DNA of 63,966 nt, counting the filler, from Octopus bimaculoides (taxonomy: Eukaryota): the NCBI RefSeq assembly GCF_001194135.2. It is 3 parts of 3 records of this genome, joined end to end, with 100 filler letters (N's around TTAATTAATTAA, not from the genome) between each part and the next. Parts side by side here need not be neighbours in the genome. Positions count along the whole stretch, not along the records: positions 1 to 16,919 come from NC_069000.1; 2 more parts are not named here. The stretch is one strand, 5' to 3'. The notes under the pieces were generated by a model that saw nothing but the letters and a program-made list of their open reading frames with translations, had not been told where the DNA came from and did not search any database. Below are positions 1 through 14,831 of this stretch, piece by piece (the stretch's first letter is position 1; each line of letters starts with the position of its first letter). A program made the position numbers and the translations under genes.

Positions 1-199
1 TATATATATATATATATATATATATGGTGAGGACTGTTTATTGCTGTTTAAATGCGTAATATGCCAAAACATTGCATGCTTTCTTGTCTTAAAACAGAAC
101 TAATGTGAAAAAAGCTAGCCATTCAATATAGACCGTTTTTTTTCTCTCTCACCATTTTGCAAGTTAAGTTTTTATTTCTTCTTCCTTCAACATTCACTT

Positions 200-382
200 T
201 GATAATTATCATTGTTCTCCATCGGCGGCATCACTACTATTCTCGTCATCACTCCCACCACCACCGCCGCCATCATCACCAAAAACACCATGACTAAAAT
301 ACATCAGAAATGTTATCATCATCATCATTCATATTCATCATCATCATTCATAGTCATCATTATCATCATCATTACCATGATT

Positions 383-423
<41 letters not shown>

Positions 424-514
424 GAAAATCTTCATCATTATCATCATTATTTTAATTGTCATCACCATCATCACCATCATCATCGTCATTATTATCATCA
501 ACATCATGATACTC

Positions 515-555
<41 letters not shown>

Positions 556-564
556 TACTACTAC

Positions 565-656
<92 letters not shown>

Positions 657-914
657 TTCTTGTCCTTTCTGTTTCTGTCTGTATTATTATTTTATTTTAT
701 TTTATTTCATTTATTTATTTACTTCTTTTTCCGAGTCAGAAAAATACTGTAGTCGACTGTGCTTTCTTTTTATCCCTTCGAGTAACATAAATTAAAGTAA
801 CCCGTAGAATATTCAAACCACTGTAATTGAGTAAGCACCTCACCACAAATTGCCTAGCCCTGGGCTAAATTCAGAAAGAATGATTATCCTTATTACTATT
901 ATTAATATTATTAA

Positions 915-986
<72 letters not shown>

Positions 987-1662
987 CATTAATTTTATTG
1001 TTATTATTATGATTGTTGTTGTTGCTGTTGCTGTTGTAGTCGTTGTTTTGGTTAGTATTTTAATACCAATATCCTTACTAATAGTACTAATACAAATACT
1101 ACTCCAGAACTATTGATGCTGCCACTGCTGCCACTGCTGCTACTGTTGCTGCCGCTGCTACTGTTGCTGCCGCTGCTACTGTTACCGCTGTCACTACTAT
1201 TGCTCGCATTATGTAGAAAAACTAAAGTAAAAGTAAAATTGTGAGAGCAAGATACACTTATCCTACATCATCGAGAATGTGTGATGAAAAGGATGGTATT
1301 GATAACGTTTATGGTGACGCTGATGATGACGTTGATGAACGACATTATCGTCATCACGATCATATATATATAATGACAACACAAGAACTAACAATCAAGA
1401 CTCAGTGTGCAGAAAAGAAAAACATGCGTAAAAAAATAATAATAAATGACACACACCTACACACACAGCACACACACACACACACGCACGCACACACGCA
1501 CGCACACACGCGCACACATACACCGATACGCATATTCACACACACATACTTATATGTAAATATGTAAATATGTATGCACAGACACAGACATATATACATG
1601 TATATGTAAGTATATATATATATATATATATATAATTATATATATATATACATATGTGTATA

Positions 1663-1736
<74 letters not shown>

Positions 1737-1740
1737 TATA

Positions 1741-1796
<56 letters not shown>

Positions 1797-1900
1797 TACG
1801 TTTGGAATATCTGTGTATGCATATACAGACATTTACATACGCACATACACAATTGACAAATGCATACGTATATGCATATGCATCTCTATGCATCTCATAT
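200..1900. repeat. Compound microsatellite block: (CAT)n, (TAT)n, (GTT/GCT)n, (CA)n, (TA)n
   Basis: Directly visible. Similar (TA)n, (CA)n, (CATA)n, (GA)n, (TAC)n and (AAT)n tracts recur across the window and border most N gaps. Confidence 0.97.
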
Positions 1901-3414
1901 ACATTTGGAGTGGAGTGTATGGCGGAGCGGGCTATCTCTGTGAGTGTGGAAGTGTTTGCCGTTTTGAAAGGAAAAAAAAATTACCAAAAAAACAGATATT
2001 AATGATTTCGTGTAACGTAATATAATATAAATGTTGGCGATGGAGACAATGTTATTCTGCGGGAAAAATAATACAATTCTAATAGTAGACATATAGTAAT
2101 ATTTATATGAATAAATATATAACAAATCAAAATAGTGTATAATACTTCTACCGAATATTAATAAAATGTAAAACTAAAGTTATGAAATAAAATTTTTTTG
2201 CACAAAATATAAGGAAAAATATAAAACATCATTATGCTAGTGAGAGAAAAAAAAATTTAAACTCCGGAAGACTTACAAAACGTTGCTAAAACTATCTTTG
2301 AATATCGCGAAAAAAAGCGGAATATACGGAGATGAATGGGAAAAAAATACCTTGCGGTATTTATGCGGTTCTTTGCATTGTGAATTTAAAATACATCGTG
2401 GATAGTTTTAACTTCTATCTTTCCCGGATCGATAAAATAAAGTTCCAGTTCAGAACTGTGAATTGATGGTACTATTTGAACGTTAGACAAAGCAATTTGT
2501 ATTATGTTTCAGATTCTTTACGTTCCGTTTTCTAATCTCAGCAAGTTCATATCAACGTTTTGTCTTTTCAGGGGCAATAAATTAATTATCTCTCTAAAAG
2601 GGTCAAAGGGTCTTAAATTTAGTAAGACAGTGTTAATCGGATAGTCAGTTACATCGAGTCCAGTCTTCAATTTCATCGACCCCGAAAGGAGGAAAAAAAG
2701 AGAAAGTCGACCTCACCGGAAATTTAACTCAGGAAGTAGAGAGCAGAGAGAATTGCTGCAAAGAATGTCATCCCACACGCTCAGTACTCCGTTGTTTCGG
2801 AATACATAAAAATAATATCTGAAAATTAAAACAACTTCATTTAAACTATTTCCAACAGGTTCTCTTTGAACACCGCAATATAATCTTTGAAACATACCCC
2901 TTCAGACTCCAAACCTTTCAACCACTAGAACTACATCAACAAGCACCATTATGCTTCGTATATTCATCGACCAATATACAAGACATATATGAAGACAACA
3001 ATGAAAATCAAGAATAAAACCGTCATCGAAGAGTCTCGTATACATAGATTATCGAACCTCTACAATGTTTGTTTATGCGATCGGTTCGTTAAAGAAACGA
3101 CTCTCTCATTATTCCTCTTCGTCTGGGTTTGTTTGGCCCTTGAGCAGACAACAGCATAAATTGATATGTCGATAAAACAACTTGCAGTTATTGTACTAAG
3201 TTTTCTGCATTATGTGACTGACAATATAATTAACGTTTAATTTTTTTTTTTTCGTGTTAGTGTTTCCAGGTGCAAGTATGGCTGTTTAGTTAAAGCAGGT
3301 AGCTTCGAAACCACGTGGCTTCGCATTGAGCCTCACCCGGTGACAACTTGGAGAAAAAACGTCTTCTACTATAGCCTTAGGTCAACCAATATCTCTTGAG
3401 TGCATAATATATAT

Positions 3415-3459
<45 letters not shown>

Positions 3460-4798
3460 NNNNNNNNNNNNNNNNNNNNNNNNNNNNNNNNNNNNNNNNN
3501 NNNNNNNNNNNNNNNNNNNNNNNNNNNNNNNNNNNNNNNNNNNNNNNNNNNNNNNNNNNNNNNNNNNNNNNNNNNNNNNNNNNNNNNNNNNNNNNNNNNN
3601 NNNNNNNNNNNNNNNNNNNNNNNNNNNNNNNNNNNNNNNNNNNNNNNNNNNNNNNNNNNNNNNNNNNNNNNNNNNNNNNNNNNNNNNNNNNNNNNNNNNN
3701 NNNNNNNNNNNNNNNNNNNNNNNNNNNNNNNNNNNNNNNNNNNNNNNNNNNNNNNNNNNNNNNNNNNNNNNNNNNNNNNNNNNNNNNNNNNNNNNNNNNN
3801 NNNNNNNNNNNNNNNNNNNNNNNNNNNNNNNNNNNNNNNNNNNNNNNNNNNNNNNNNNNNNNNNNNNNNNNNNNNNNNNNNNNNNNNNNNNNNNNNNNNN
3901 NNNNNNNNNNNNNNNNNNNNNNNNNNNNNNNNNNNNNNNNNNNNNNNNNNNNNNNNNNNNNNNNNNNNNNNNNNNNNNNNNNNNNNNNNNNNNNNNNNNN
4001 NNNNNNNNNNNNNNNNNNNNNNNNNNNNNNNNNNNNNNNNNNNNNNNNNNNNNNNNNNNNNNNNNNNNNNNNTATATATATATATATATATATCAGTCAC
4101 CTCGTTACTGACAATAAAGAGAACGGAATCGCATGTCTCACAAAAATATAATAACATAAAATTCGGTGATTTTCATGCTTTTGCGTTTGGAGTCATTGGA
4201 ATAAAATATTCGGAGAATTGTAACAACATCAGTGATTTTTTTTTCTATAAGGTTCGTGTTGATGAAATGTTTGAAACGATCATTCTGTTAATATTTATCT
4301 CGACTATAGACACAAGGCCTGAAATTTAGGGGACGCGGGGTAACTTGATTACATCGATTCAACTGGAAGAACAAATCATCGGTGCAAAGAAATTGAATGT
4401 GAATCACTTTAAGACAACAATTTCTTTAACAGTAGCAAAAACCAGCATGCCACTCTATCCACACATACAAAGCAGATGGCTAAGGGACCTTCAGACACAA
4501 CACACCCCTTGAAACATTCAGTAGCTTCTACTAAGTCCAGGACACGACAAACAGTAGGATGCTCTTCAAGCCAAGAATTTGAACTTACGGAGACAATATT
4601 ATATTTATATATCGCCTGAGGAAAAACAACTAGATCTCATAATCCAGGGAAACGGTTACATAACCCAATACTTGGAAGCCTAAAGACGGACGTTGCGTAG
4701 AAACAGGCGTAGTCATTGTAAATAGATGTGCAACCGTATTACCTCTTGTTCACTCCAACTTATTCAATTACCTATTCACATACTGGAAGTACGTATTA

Positions 4799-4859
<61 letters not shown>

Positions 4860-4924
4860 GCTACTACCGGATAGCACAGGGTGGACAAGCTTTATACTGT
4901 GCACTACTACGTTCTTAACAGAAT

Positions 4925-4992
<68 letters not shown>

Positions 4993-5435
4993 CACGAACA
5001 CACGTACACAAACACGTATATACATGCATACATACATACATACATACATATATATATATTACGTATGACTAGAAATAGATGTATTCATCGGTTCCATCTT
5101 TACTTATTAAAAGGCATTAATATTCACAAGAGATTTATTACGATATTAAAGAGTCGATTGTATTTTATGTATTACATTTCCAACTTTCAGCTTTCTCAAT
5201 AAACAGATTGTCTATCTCGTTGTTGCCTTATAGTAGTAATTTGATTAATATATACTGATATCATTGTTGTTGGAGTCGTGTTGATCGTACACACGTCTGC
5301 ATCTACGTGTAAAGATATAGACAGAACCATTGCAGCACTGAGAAAGTAACGGATTATAAATAGATTATGTATAGGTGTTCGCGTGTAACAGTCAACACAA
5401 ACATACATGCATACACACTCACATGCATCTAGTAC

Positions 5436-5479
<44 letters not shown>

Positions 5480-5984
5480 GTGTGAGTGTGTGTGTGTCGA
5501 GAGAGAGAGAAGAGAGAGAGAAAGAGAAAGAGAGAGAGAAAGAGAAAGAGAGAATCGCCTAGTATATGATGCTGTACAACATTAGAAGTATAGTTTTGCC
5601 GCCATGGCTTGTATGAGGAAATATATCAAACATATAATAATTATAATTTCACTTTTATCAAATTACTTGGTCCAAATACAAGATATTACAATGAATGCTA
5701 AGTTTCAAAAGAGTAATGTTTCTTACCTTAAATAAAACAAATTCCTCACCTGAATATTAACAATAAATATATGTTACAATTTTTCTAAATTCTATCGACG
5801 TTATAGGAATCTTCGCAGTCTAAAGTCTGTCTGCGAAGTTTCATTAGAAAATAGCGTCATTTTCATTAAGTTATCGTTGCTTCCAACCAAGCATACATAG
5901 TATGTGCTTGTATCCTGAATCACATAAGTCTCTCTGTATCTTTTACTCTCCACGCCGCGCCTTATACGATGTAAAGCTTAACAA

Positions 5985-6704
5985 TTGGAGAATTCAACCA
6001 ACTCCCCAACTGGCATTAACTACCCAACGATGGCTGAAACGAAGGGACAGCGTACTTCCGTGAAATTCTGTTTTCTGCTAGGGAAAACGGCGGTCATGCT
6101 TCAAACAGCTTACAAGGACGCTGCCTTGAGCAAAACACAAGTTTTCGAGTGGTTTTCACACTTTAGGAAAGGTTACTTATCGCTTCAGTACGACCGTCAA
6201 CCTCTCAAACGAATGAAAACATCATGAATATTCATGAACCGATGTTGCAGAACCCTTGTGGAACATTTGACGAACATATTGATATGACTGGTGTATCATG
6301 TAGCCCCTGCCAACGAATTTTGAGCGTGCGATTGAACAAGGATGCAGTAAAATGTGTGTCTCGCTTGCTTACGGAAGATCAAAAGCAGTTATGAATGAAC
6401 GCGTGTCGTAAACTGAAAGAACAGTTGGACGTAGATCCGGATTTCTTTTCGAGGGTCATCACAGGTGAAGAAAGCTGGTGCTACGGAATTTGCAGATGTG
6501 GAAGAGGTGAAGAAAACACGACGGGGGCATTAAAAGATCTCACTTTGCAAGAGTTTCAGCACTGCTTCCAACGATGAGAAACGCGTCAAGACCAAGGCAT
6601 TGCTTGAAATGGAGAATATTTTGAAGACGATAAAAGTGTAAACATGTAAAAATAAGTGAATAAAACAATATTGCAAAATTCCGGTTTCTTTTGGGTACCC
6701 TCGT
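5985..6704 (+). mobile_element. Internally deleted, degenerate mariner transposon
   Basis: QRTSVKFCFLLGKTAVMLQTAYKDAALSKTQVFEWFSHFRKG (mariner HTH), FFSRVITGEESWCYG (first catalytic block, normally ITGDETW), C-terminal GEYFEDDK, and a right TIR-like end aaattccggtttcttttgggtaccctcgt. The left TIR was not found. Confidence 0.85.
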
Positions 6705-7289
6705 TTACATATATACATACATACATATTTGTGTGTATATGTGTGTCTGTGCGTGCGCATGTGGGTGTATGTACAAACATACATACATACATAACTATAT
6801 AAATCTGCGTTTGTTTACGCCTCTATGTACATACGTGTGTGCGCGGACGCGCAGTGAGTGCAGATAGATATCGAACCGAAAGTTGATAAATAACCGACGG
6901 CTAAGGTCGCTCGCTTTCACAAGTTGCACACATTTATGTCACACAATATTTCAAAGAAGTGTTTTAATTATAGCCAAAACTTTCATCTTATTTTCATCGT
7001 TCGTTTCCTTACTAATAAAACTGTCATATACGAGTCATATATTTGATTCGACGTGTGGACGTTTGTTGACGTGTCTATACACACACACACACTCACATGT
7101 ATGTATATATATAAGGATGTATATATGTTTGTATGTAAATATGATGAAAAAGTAAGTTGTCAGAATTTTGCGTAATTATTTATTCAGCGCTTTCATCTCG
7201 TTTCATAGATTCGTTAGGAATGATATATGTATATATATAAGGATGTATATATGTTTGTATGTAAATATGATGAAAAAGTNNNNNNNNNN

Positions 7290-7343
<54 letters not shown>

Positions 7344-8117
7344 GCATGTATGTATGAATACATTCAAACATAAATACATATATATACATACATATATACA
7401 CACACACATATATTCACACAAACAGGCAGATACACACGAATATATGTATGTTGGACCTCTGAACTCAACACATTTTTTCCCTCTCTATTCCTTTCCTCTT
7501 ATTTGTTTCTGTTAAAGAGCGTAGGCTCGAAACATAAAAGACTTTTCCATTTATCCCGAGAGTCAAGCAAATACACCTGCTTGTCTTCGTCTTTTGTTTT
7601 TCTATAAATTTGAACTACGTATGTATGTATGTATGTATGTATGTATGTATGTATGTATGTATGTATGTATGTATGTATGTATGTATGTATGTATGTATGT
7701 CTACAGGAATACATATGTACATGCATTAGGTTGTGAAATATATGTAACTATGCATACTTATGCATAATAGATATATATGTATGTAAATATCGTATTATGT
7801 GTATACGTGTTGATGTGCAGAGGTAAGCGTGTTTAGGTCATCATGGAAATTACTATAGAATCTCGTATAGCAGTGTTCGATTTCAGTACATGCAAATTTG
7901 ACCAAATGTGGTTTATCATCGATTCCGAGCGACGTTTCTTGATTGCAAGAAAAACTGATCAGAAATAAGCCAGAAACATATCGCTTTATAATCACAGAGA
8001 TGATCCTGAATTATGCGAAAGTTACATGTTGCTTTGGAATACTCAGCCAACTCGCTATAGTTTACTGAAGAGGTAACATCATTGATCAGAAAACTGTGAG
8101 GTGTTCTGTGTAATGTT

Positions 8118-8157
<40 letters not shown>

Positions 8158-8882
8158 NNNNNNNNNNNNNNNNNNNNNNNNNNNNNNNNNNNNNNNNNNN
8201 NNNNNNNNNNNNNNNNNNNNNNNNNNNNNNNNNNNNNNNNNNNNNNNNNNNNNNNNNNNNNNNNNNNNNNNNNNNNNNNNNNNNNNNNNNNNNNNNNNNN
8301 NNNNNNNNNNNNNNNNNNNNNNNNNNNNNNNNNNNNNNNNNNNNNNNNNNNNNNNNNNNNNNNNNNNNNNNNNNNNNNNNNNNNNNNNNNNNNNNNNNNN
8401 NNNNNNNNNNNNNNNNNNNNNNNNNNNNNNNNNNNNNNNNNNNNNNNNNNNNNNNNNNNNNNNNNNNNNNNNNNNNNNNNNNNNNNNNNNNNNNNNNNNN
8501 NNNNNNNNNNNNNNNNNNNNNNNNNNNNNNNNNNNNNNNNNNNNNNNNNNNNNNNNNNNNNNNNNNNNNNNNNNNNNNNNNNNNNNNNNNNNNNNNNNNN
8601 NNNNNNNNNNNNNNNNNNNNNNNNNNNNNNNNNNNNNNNNNNNNNNNNNNNNNNNNNNNNNNNNNNNNNNNNNNNNNNNNNNNNNNNNNNNNNNNNNNNN
8701 NNNNNNNNNNNNNNNNNNNNNNNNNNNNNNNNNNNNNNNNNNNNNNNNNNNNNNNNNNNNNNNNNNNNNNNNNNNNNNNNNNNNNNNNNNNNNNNNNNNN
8801 NNNNNNNNNNNNNNNNNNNNNNNNNNNNNNNNNNNNNNNNNNNNNNNNNNNNNNNNNNNNNNNTATATATATACATATACAT

Positions 8883-8940
<58 letters not shown>

Positions 8941-10382
8941 GTTCTTCAGAATTGACCCCTGATTCCTTCCTCTTTGTCTACCTTATTCTTTTTCAAGAAT
9001 TTCTCTCTGGTTTTCAGTAACATTTACGTCATCAATTTGGTGTGTGCAAACATGGCTGCCTGGTTACGGTGTCACTATATTACGTGTATTTACATACATA
9101 TACATACGCTGTATATATTCTCTTGCTTTCTCCCCCAAAATATAATGTCCTTAGCTTAGATTTTGGCGGGCAGCTAGATTTGAAAGGTCTCAAGTCTAAC
9201 TGCCCGAAACGGTAAGTATAATTTCGTAACTTAACTGTGAGACGTCTACTGAGCAACTACGCTTTCCCTCTATATATCTTCATTTGCGTACCCTGGAAAC
9301 ACATCCGCATAAACGGAAGATCTCACGCTGTTGTCTAAGTAAAATTCATCCTGCTGGGCTCATAATTAAATATCATTCCAGAATGATTGCCTGGTGGAAG
9401 TGCGACAACATTTACAAACAGAATGCCTTTAGGTTTTTTCCTGCAGCACTTTACGTTTTGATTGCTCACGTAAGAGTATCCAAGTTCCCGTGTTTATCCG
9501 CAAAGAAATGCCGTATTTTCTGCGAGGAAAGAACATCCTAAATTGGTAACGGAATTTTTTTTTTCTGCCCTGAAATCCATGATCTTCGCATATTATTTTC
9601 TCAGACAGTCACCAGTGATCCTTAAACATCCTCCTCTCAATTAATAAAACGATGAACCATTATAGTATAATTTGAGGGAGACTTGACTGCTATTTCTCTT
9701 AGGGCAATTTAAACGATCGTCGAAGAGGCTTTAGCAACGGTTCAATAGTTTCTAGCTTCCTTGTATTTCACACATGATATACCAGAACTAAAATACGATG
9801 GTGATTTGGCTGTTTTTTTTCTATCTAGCAGTCTAATCCATGTAAATGAGTAAGACAAGCTTGATTTGCTATCGAAACTTCCTTAGCATTTTACAAAGCA
9901 CCGCTATCGATCTTCCTCACTTACATTTGTTTACCACCACCTGTAAGCTTTATATTACAAACTGTTCCGTTAATCTCGTATATTAAACCAAATAACTTGT
10001 AGTTATGACGAGATGTAATGTCCTATACAGCACAGATTCATTCGCAAATTTATGCCTTTTCCACTCCCAAAGCTGGAAGCTTAGCAATCCTTTACAACAC
10101 ACAATAAAAACTGGCATCTTGCTTCTTAAGAATGGTACGAATTTATCAGAGAAGGACGGCTATATATTGTAGATTTATATGCAAACATATTGCAGAGGAA
10201 TGCAATAGGATAATGCTCTACATTCGTACGGATTGAGATAAATGTATATAGTTATACAACTTTATAACACAGTTCTTGTATAATATATCTATATATTTGG
10301 CAAGCATGCTTGTATTTATGAATGTATGCGTATGGATGCATGTGTGTGTATATGCATGCGCGCATGTGTGTATTTGTGTTTT

Positions 10383-10422
<40 letters not shown>

Positions 10423-11399
10423 TGTGTATGTGTGTGTGTACACACGCGCTATTCGAAGGTTTGCTAATAAATTTTGTTTCTTTTTCAAAATGCTGCCAGC
10501 TAATATACGCATGTTATTCATAACAAACTCACATAGGAACAATCACAGTACACACACATACACACACATACACATACACATACATGCGGATGCACACATA
10601 AACAAACCATAACATATGTATACACATATATATAAATACACATACTAATCGCGTACAACATAGAATCCGATTACGGACAATCAAAAGAAGACCAACGTAA
10701 GGAAACTATCTTCATTGCATGCTCGCTAAGTTTCATCAGTACAACCCCACCACACACACACACAGATATATATATATATACATATACACATACATATATG
10801 TATGTGTATCTATGCATGTATGTATGTATAGTGACATGTATTTATCTGCATACATACATACATATATACAGACGTACATACGTACGTACATATATATATA
10901 TGAAAGATTTCATTGAATCTGCTATGTGTATCTAAGTATACGATTAAATTATTTTTAGTAATCCATCGCGGAGAAGAGAAACTGACCTCGCGTTTGAGGA
11001 AAATATTTCAACTTCTCGTGGACCGATATTAAAATAAATAGTGATATAGTTTTATATCTCAGTTCTTGTTTATATTCCCTACATATTCCAACTGTTTTTC
11101 TGAGTGTATTCAATTAAAACTTGTTATATACTCTTGCAATAAAAGAGTAGAAGATCGGTATACGATTCAATAGAAGTCTTTTTTTTTTCTAATAATAGTA
11201 AGTTTTTCTATTATAAATGGATATTGTTATACCCCGGGTGAATATGAAAGATAACATACTTTATGTTATCATATCTCATTCGGTAAGTTGCTATGAGAGC
11301 GTTTCCCAAAAAAGGATACAACAGGTGCCATGATAAAGTCCCTACTTTCATCGGCTTTTATGCGGTTAATACAAATACGAAGTAAAGGAAGCATTGTTA

Positions 11400-11650
11400 C
11401 GAGCATGTACCTAGTAAAGTAGGAGAATGGCAATGGAACGACGTTCTGTGATTATGAATTTCTGAGAGCAATTGAGCCACGCAGACCGGAGATGCTCGTA
11501 TTGAAGAAGGAAGACAAATACTGAGGCAGCATTGGCGTAGCCATGTCAAATGACACGAATATCGTGATTTGGGAAATGGATAAATCATCGAATACTCCTA
11601 ATTGAAATGGAGATGACAAAACGGTATGGAACGTGTGAGGCACCATTTAT
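11400..11650 (+). mobile_element. Degenerate restriction-like-endonuclease LINE fragment
   Basis: HVPSKV, AIEPRRPEMLVLKKEDK and IGVAMSNDTNI resemble the RPD/IDVAxPxDxN region. Confidence 0.45.
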
Positions 11651-13687
11651 AAGGATTCCAGTTAGTGATCACGTCATTGCAGACTTAAAGTGGTTGTGAA
11701 TGCAGTGCAAGATCGATGCCATTCAAAAATTTAGACTTCCTAGTAACACCGCCATCTTTAAGGAAGGTCTTATCTGTCTTTATGTCCTTGTTTTGACCTG
11801 ACAGATGAATAACGCCATCATACAAATACATACATACATATAAATATACATACATACATANNNNNNNNNNNNNNNNNNNNNNNNNNNNNNNNNNNNNNNN
11901 NNNNNNNNNNNNNNNNNNNNNNNNNNNNNNNNNNNNNNNNNNNNNNNNNNNNNNNNNNNNNNNNNNNNNNNNNNNNNNNNNNNNNNNNNNNNNNNNNNNN
12001 NNNNNNNNNNNNNNNNNNNNNNNNNNNNNNNNNNNNNNNNNNNNNNNNNNNNNNNNNNNNNNNNNNNNNNNNNNNNNNNNNNNNNNNNNNNNNNNNNNNN
12101 NNNNNNNNNNNNNNNNNNNNNNNNNNNNNNNNNNNNNNNNNNNNNNNNNNNNNNNNNNNNNNNNNATATATGTCAATTGATACGAGTGTGTAGTATCTGC
12201 TCTCTTTCTAAAGCATTTCTGAAATGATAAATGGATTGTATATAGCTCTGTAAAGTGGTCTTTCACAATAAATTATTACTTATATATTATTAATATAAAA
12301 TGCATTACTCTCTCATTATTATAATATATCTCAAATATTCCATTAATTTTTAATGAAAAATATTGTCGAAAACATGGCCATTTTTGTGAATGATCCCTCC
12401 ATGATAGCATTGTCTAATCTAGCATAAAGTCTGTGAGATGGCAGATTCGTTAGGACGCCGGGCTAAATGCTTAGCGGTATTTTTTCATTTCATCCTTTCC
12501 GGGTCCATAAAATGTGTACCAATCAAGTACTGGGTTCGATGTAATCGACTATCCCCGTACTATAGTAGAAGACACTCGCCCAAGGTGCCACGCAGTGGAA
12601 CTGAACCCGGGACCATGTGGTTGGTAAGCAAGCTACTTACCACAGAGCCACTCCTGCGGCTGTATATATGAATTATCTACCCTTTTCAATAACTTCTCAC
12701 ACGTAAACATTCTTACAACAAATTGTTTACTCAGAGTTACACGCATTAGAAACTAGTCCTCTATTTAGCGGATACATGTACTCATTAACTATAAATCAAC
12801 TCGGCGATTAATCAAAAAATACTCTACAATTCACTTGTAGTTGATTCCTTTCACTCAATGGAACCTAGTCACCTTAACTCTGCCGTTCATATTACAATAT
12901 CACAAAATCGTTTAGTCAATATTTCCCCCACTTCTTCCCATGAATAAAACGTTTCCTTTTCTTCTGGCTTCTCATCTTGAAACTCTATATATTTTCTTCT
13001 ATAGACTCTGTGACAATGAATAACAGCTTCTGGAAGATTCTTATGGATTTAAATGCTATTACATATATTCACCAATTTCAATGAGAACTGCGAGTTAAGA
13101 ACATCCCTCGTGCTCTTGGGATAATGTTCAAAGCAAGTGACAAAGTTTTAATTGAATGCTGTGGATCAAGATGGCGTTACGTTACGCGTCAGCCTGTAAG
13201 ACTATAATTTAAATCTGAGATGTACCTACTCTATATATTGTATATTGTCAGAAATTTCCTCATCTATATTTACAGTAATGGCTTTCTTTCTCTCAATCGA
13301 TTTCTCTATCTCAGCCGCTCAATCCCCCTTTCTTTCTTTTTCTTCTTCGCTTTTCCCCCCTCTCTCTCCCCAATGTGTTTTAACCGTCATGCTTCCAGAC
13401 AAGAATTTTGGATACACTTCTTCGCTTAATTACGTTTATATAAATAGACATGTACACATACTTGCATACATACATAAATACATCAAAGCATGCATACATA
13501 GTTATACGTGTGTACGTGTGCATGCACGCGCGCGCGTGTGTGTTTGTATTTTTTTTAATGTTCAGCTATATTCAAAAGAATTTAAGATTAACCTGATGGG
13601 TTATTGTATATTTAGTAGAAAACAAATGGATTATTCTTGAACAAGAATATTATTGACAGTGTTTGCGACGCTTCGGTTAGTTAGATC

Positions 13688-13777
13688 TTTGTCCGTTGAA
13701 ACTTTGTCCGTTGAAACTTTGTCCGTTGAAACTTTGTCCGTTGAAACTTTGTCCGTTGAAACTTTGTCCGTTGAAAC
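13688..13777 (+). repeat. Minisatellite, 6 exact copies of TTTGTCCGTTGAAAC
   Basis: Six contiguous identical 15-mers with no spacers. Confidence 0.95.
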
Positions 13778-14795
13778 TTCGAAGTCACTGTCAATGATAT
13801 CCTTTTATATATATATACATATATATTTTTTCTCTCCTTTTTCTCTACTTTTTTCTCTCCTTTTTCTCTCCTTTTTTTCTCTCCATGTTTCTTCCCCTGT
13901 TCTTTGCTGTAGAAGAGCGTAGGCTCGAAACGTTAAAGACTTTTTCAATTCCCGAGCGTTATACTAATACATCTCTTTGTTTTCTACACCACCTGTCTTC
14001 GTTTTTTGTTTCTTTGTGAATTCTCCATATATATATGAACTTTGCCTTTCATCCTTTCGAGGTCGATAAATAAAGTATTTGTTGCGTACTCATGTCGATC
14101 TAATCGACTGGCCCACTCCCCCCAAATTTCGCACCTTGTACCTAGAGTAGTAAAGATTAAAATTATAGTAGATGAAACGCAAAAATTGGAACCCCAGCGT
14201 GATTTGATATCAAAACGCCGAGAGGAAAGCAGAATAAATATTGCGTTAACAACTGTGAGAACGAATCACACTTAGATGGTTGAATACGAAAAAGTATCAT
14301 AGACATGGTAAGATATGTAGACATTTTAAGATTTATATACAAATTGGTAAAAGCTCTGTCGGTAACGTAGGTGTGGTGTGTATAATCATGCTCGTGTGTG
14401 CATGTGTGCGTGTATAGTTGGGTGTGCGTGTGATTGTATGTAGTTGTGTGCAGCAGCCACTCTCACTTGTCATGTTCAATAGGTGTATATTGATGAAGAC
14501 TGTGAAATGCATATGAATGTTCCATCTTATAAAATTCCAAATTATATACTTCGCCTTTCATATCACTCGCCTTCCTACTTTCCTTTTTTGCCTTGATGTA
14601 TGTGTATCTATACATACACACACATACACACTTACACACACACACACATGCATACATATTACATATTTTGGCGTCAAGAATATAAGTATATATGCATATG
14701 TGTGTATGTATGCATGCACACATAAATAGGTATATACCTATATATANNNNNNNNNNNNNNNNNNNNNNNNNNNNNNNNNNNNNNNNNNNNNNNNN

Positions 14796-14831
<36 letters not shown>

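Noticed and set aside
212-2025. Long ORFs with poly-I, poly-H, poly-Y or YI/HT repeats, here and throughout the ORF track
   Set aside because: They are translations of microsatellites or run through N gaps, with no domain content or splice structure.
13688-13777. Regular repeat array as a CRISPR
   Set aside because: There are no spacers, the unit is only 15 bp, the context is eukaryotic, and no cas genes are present.
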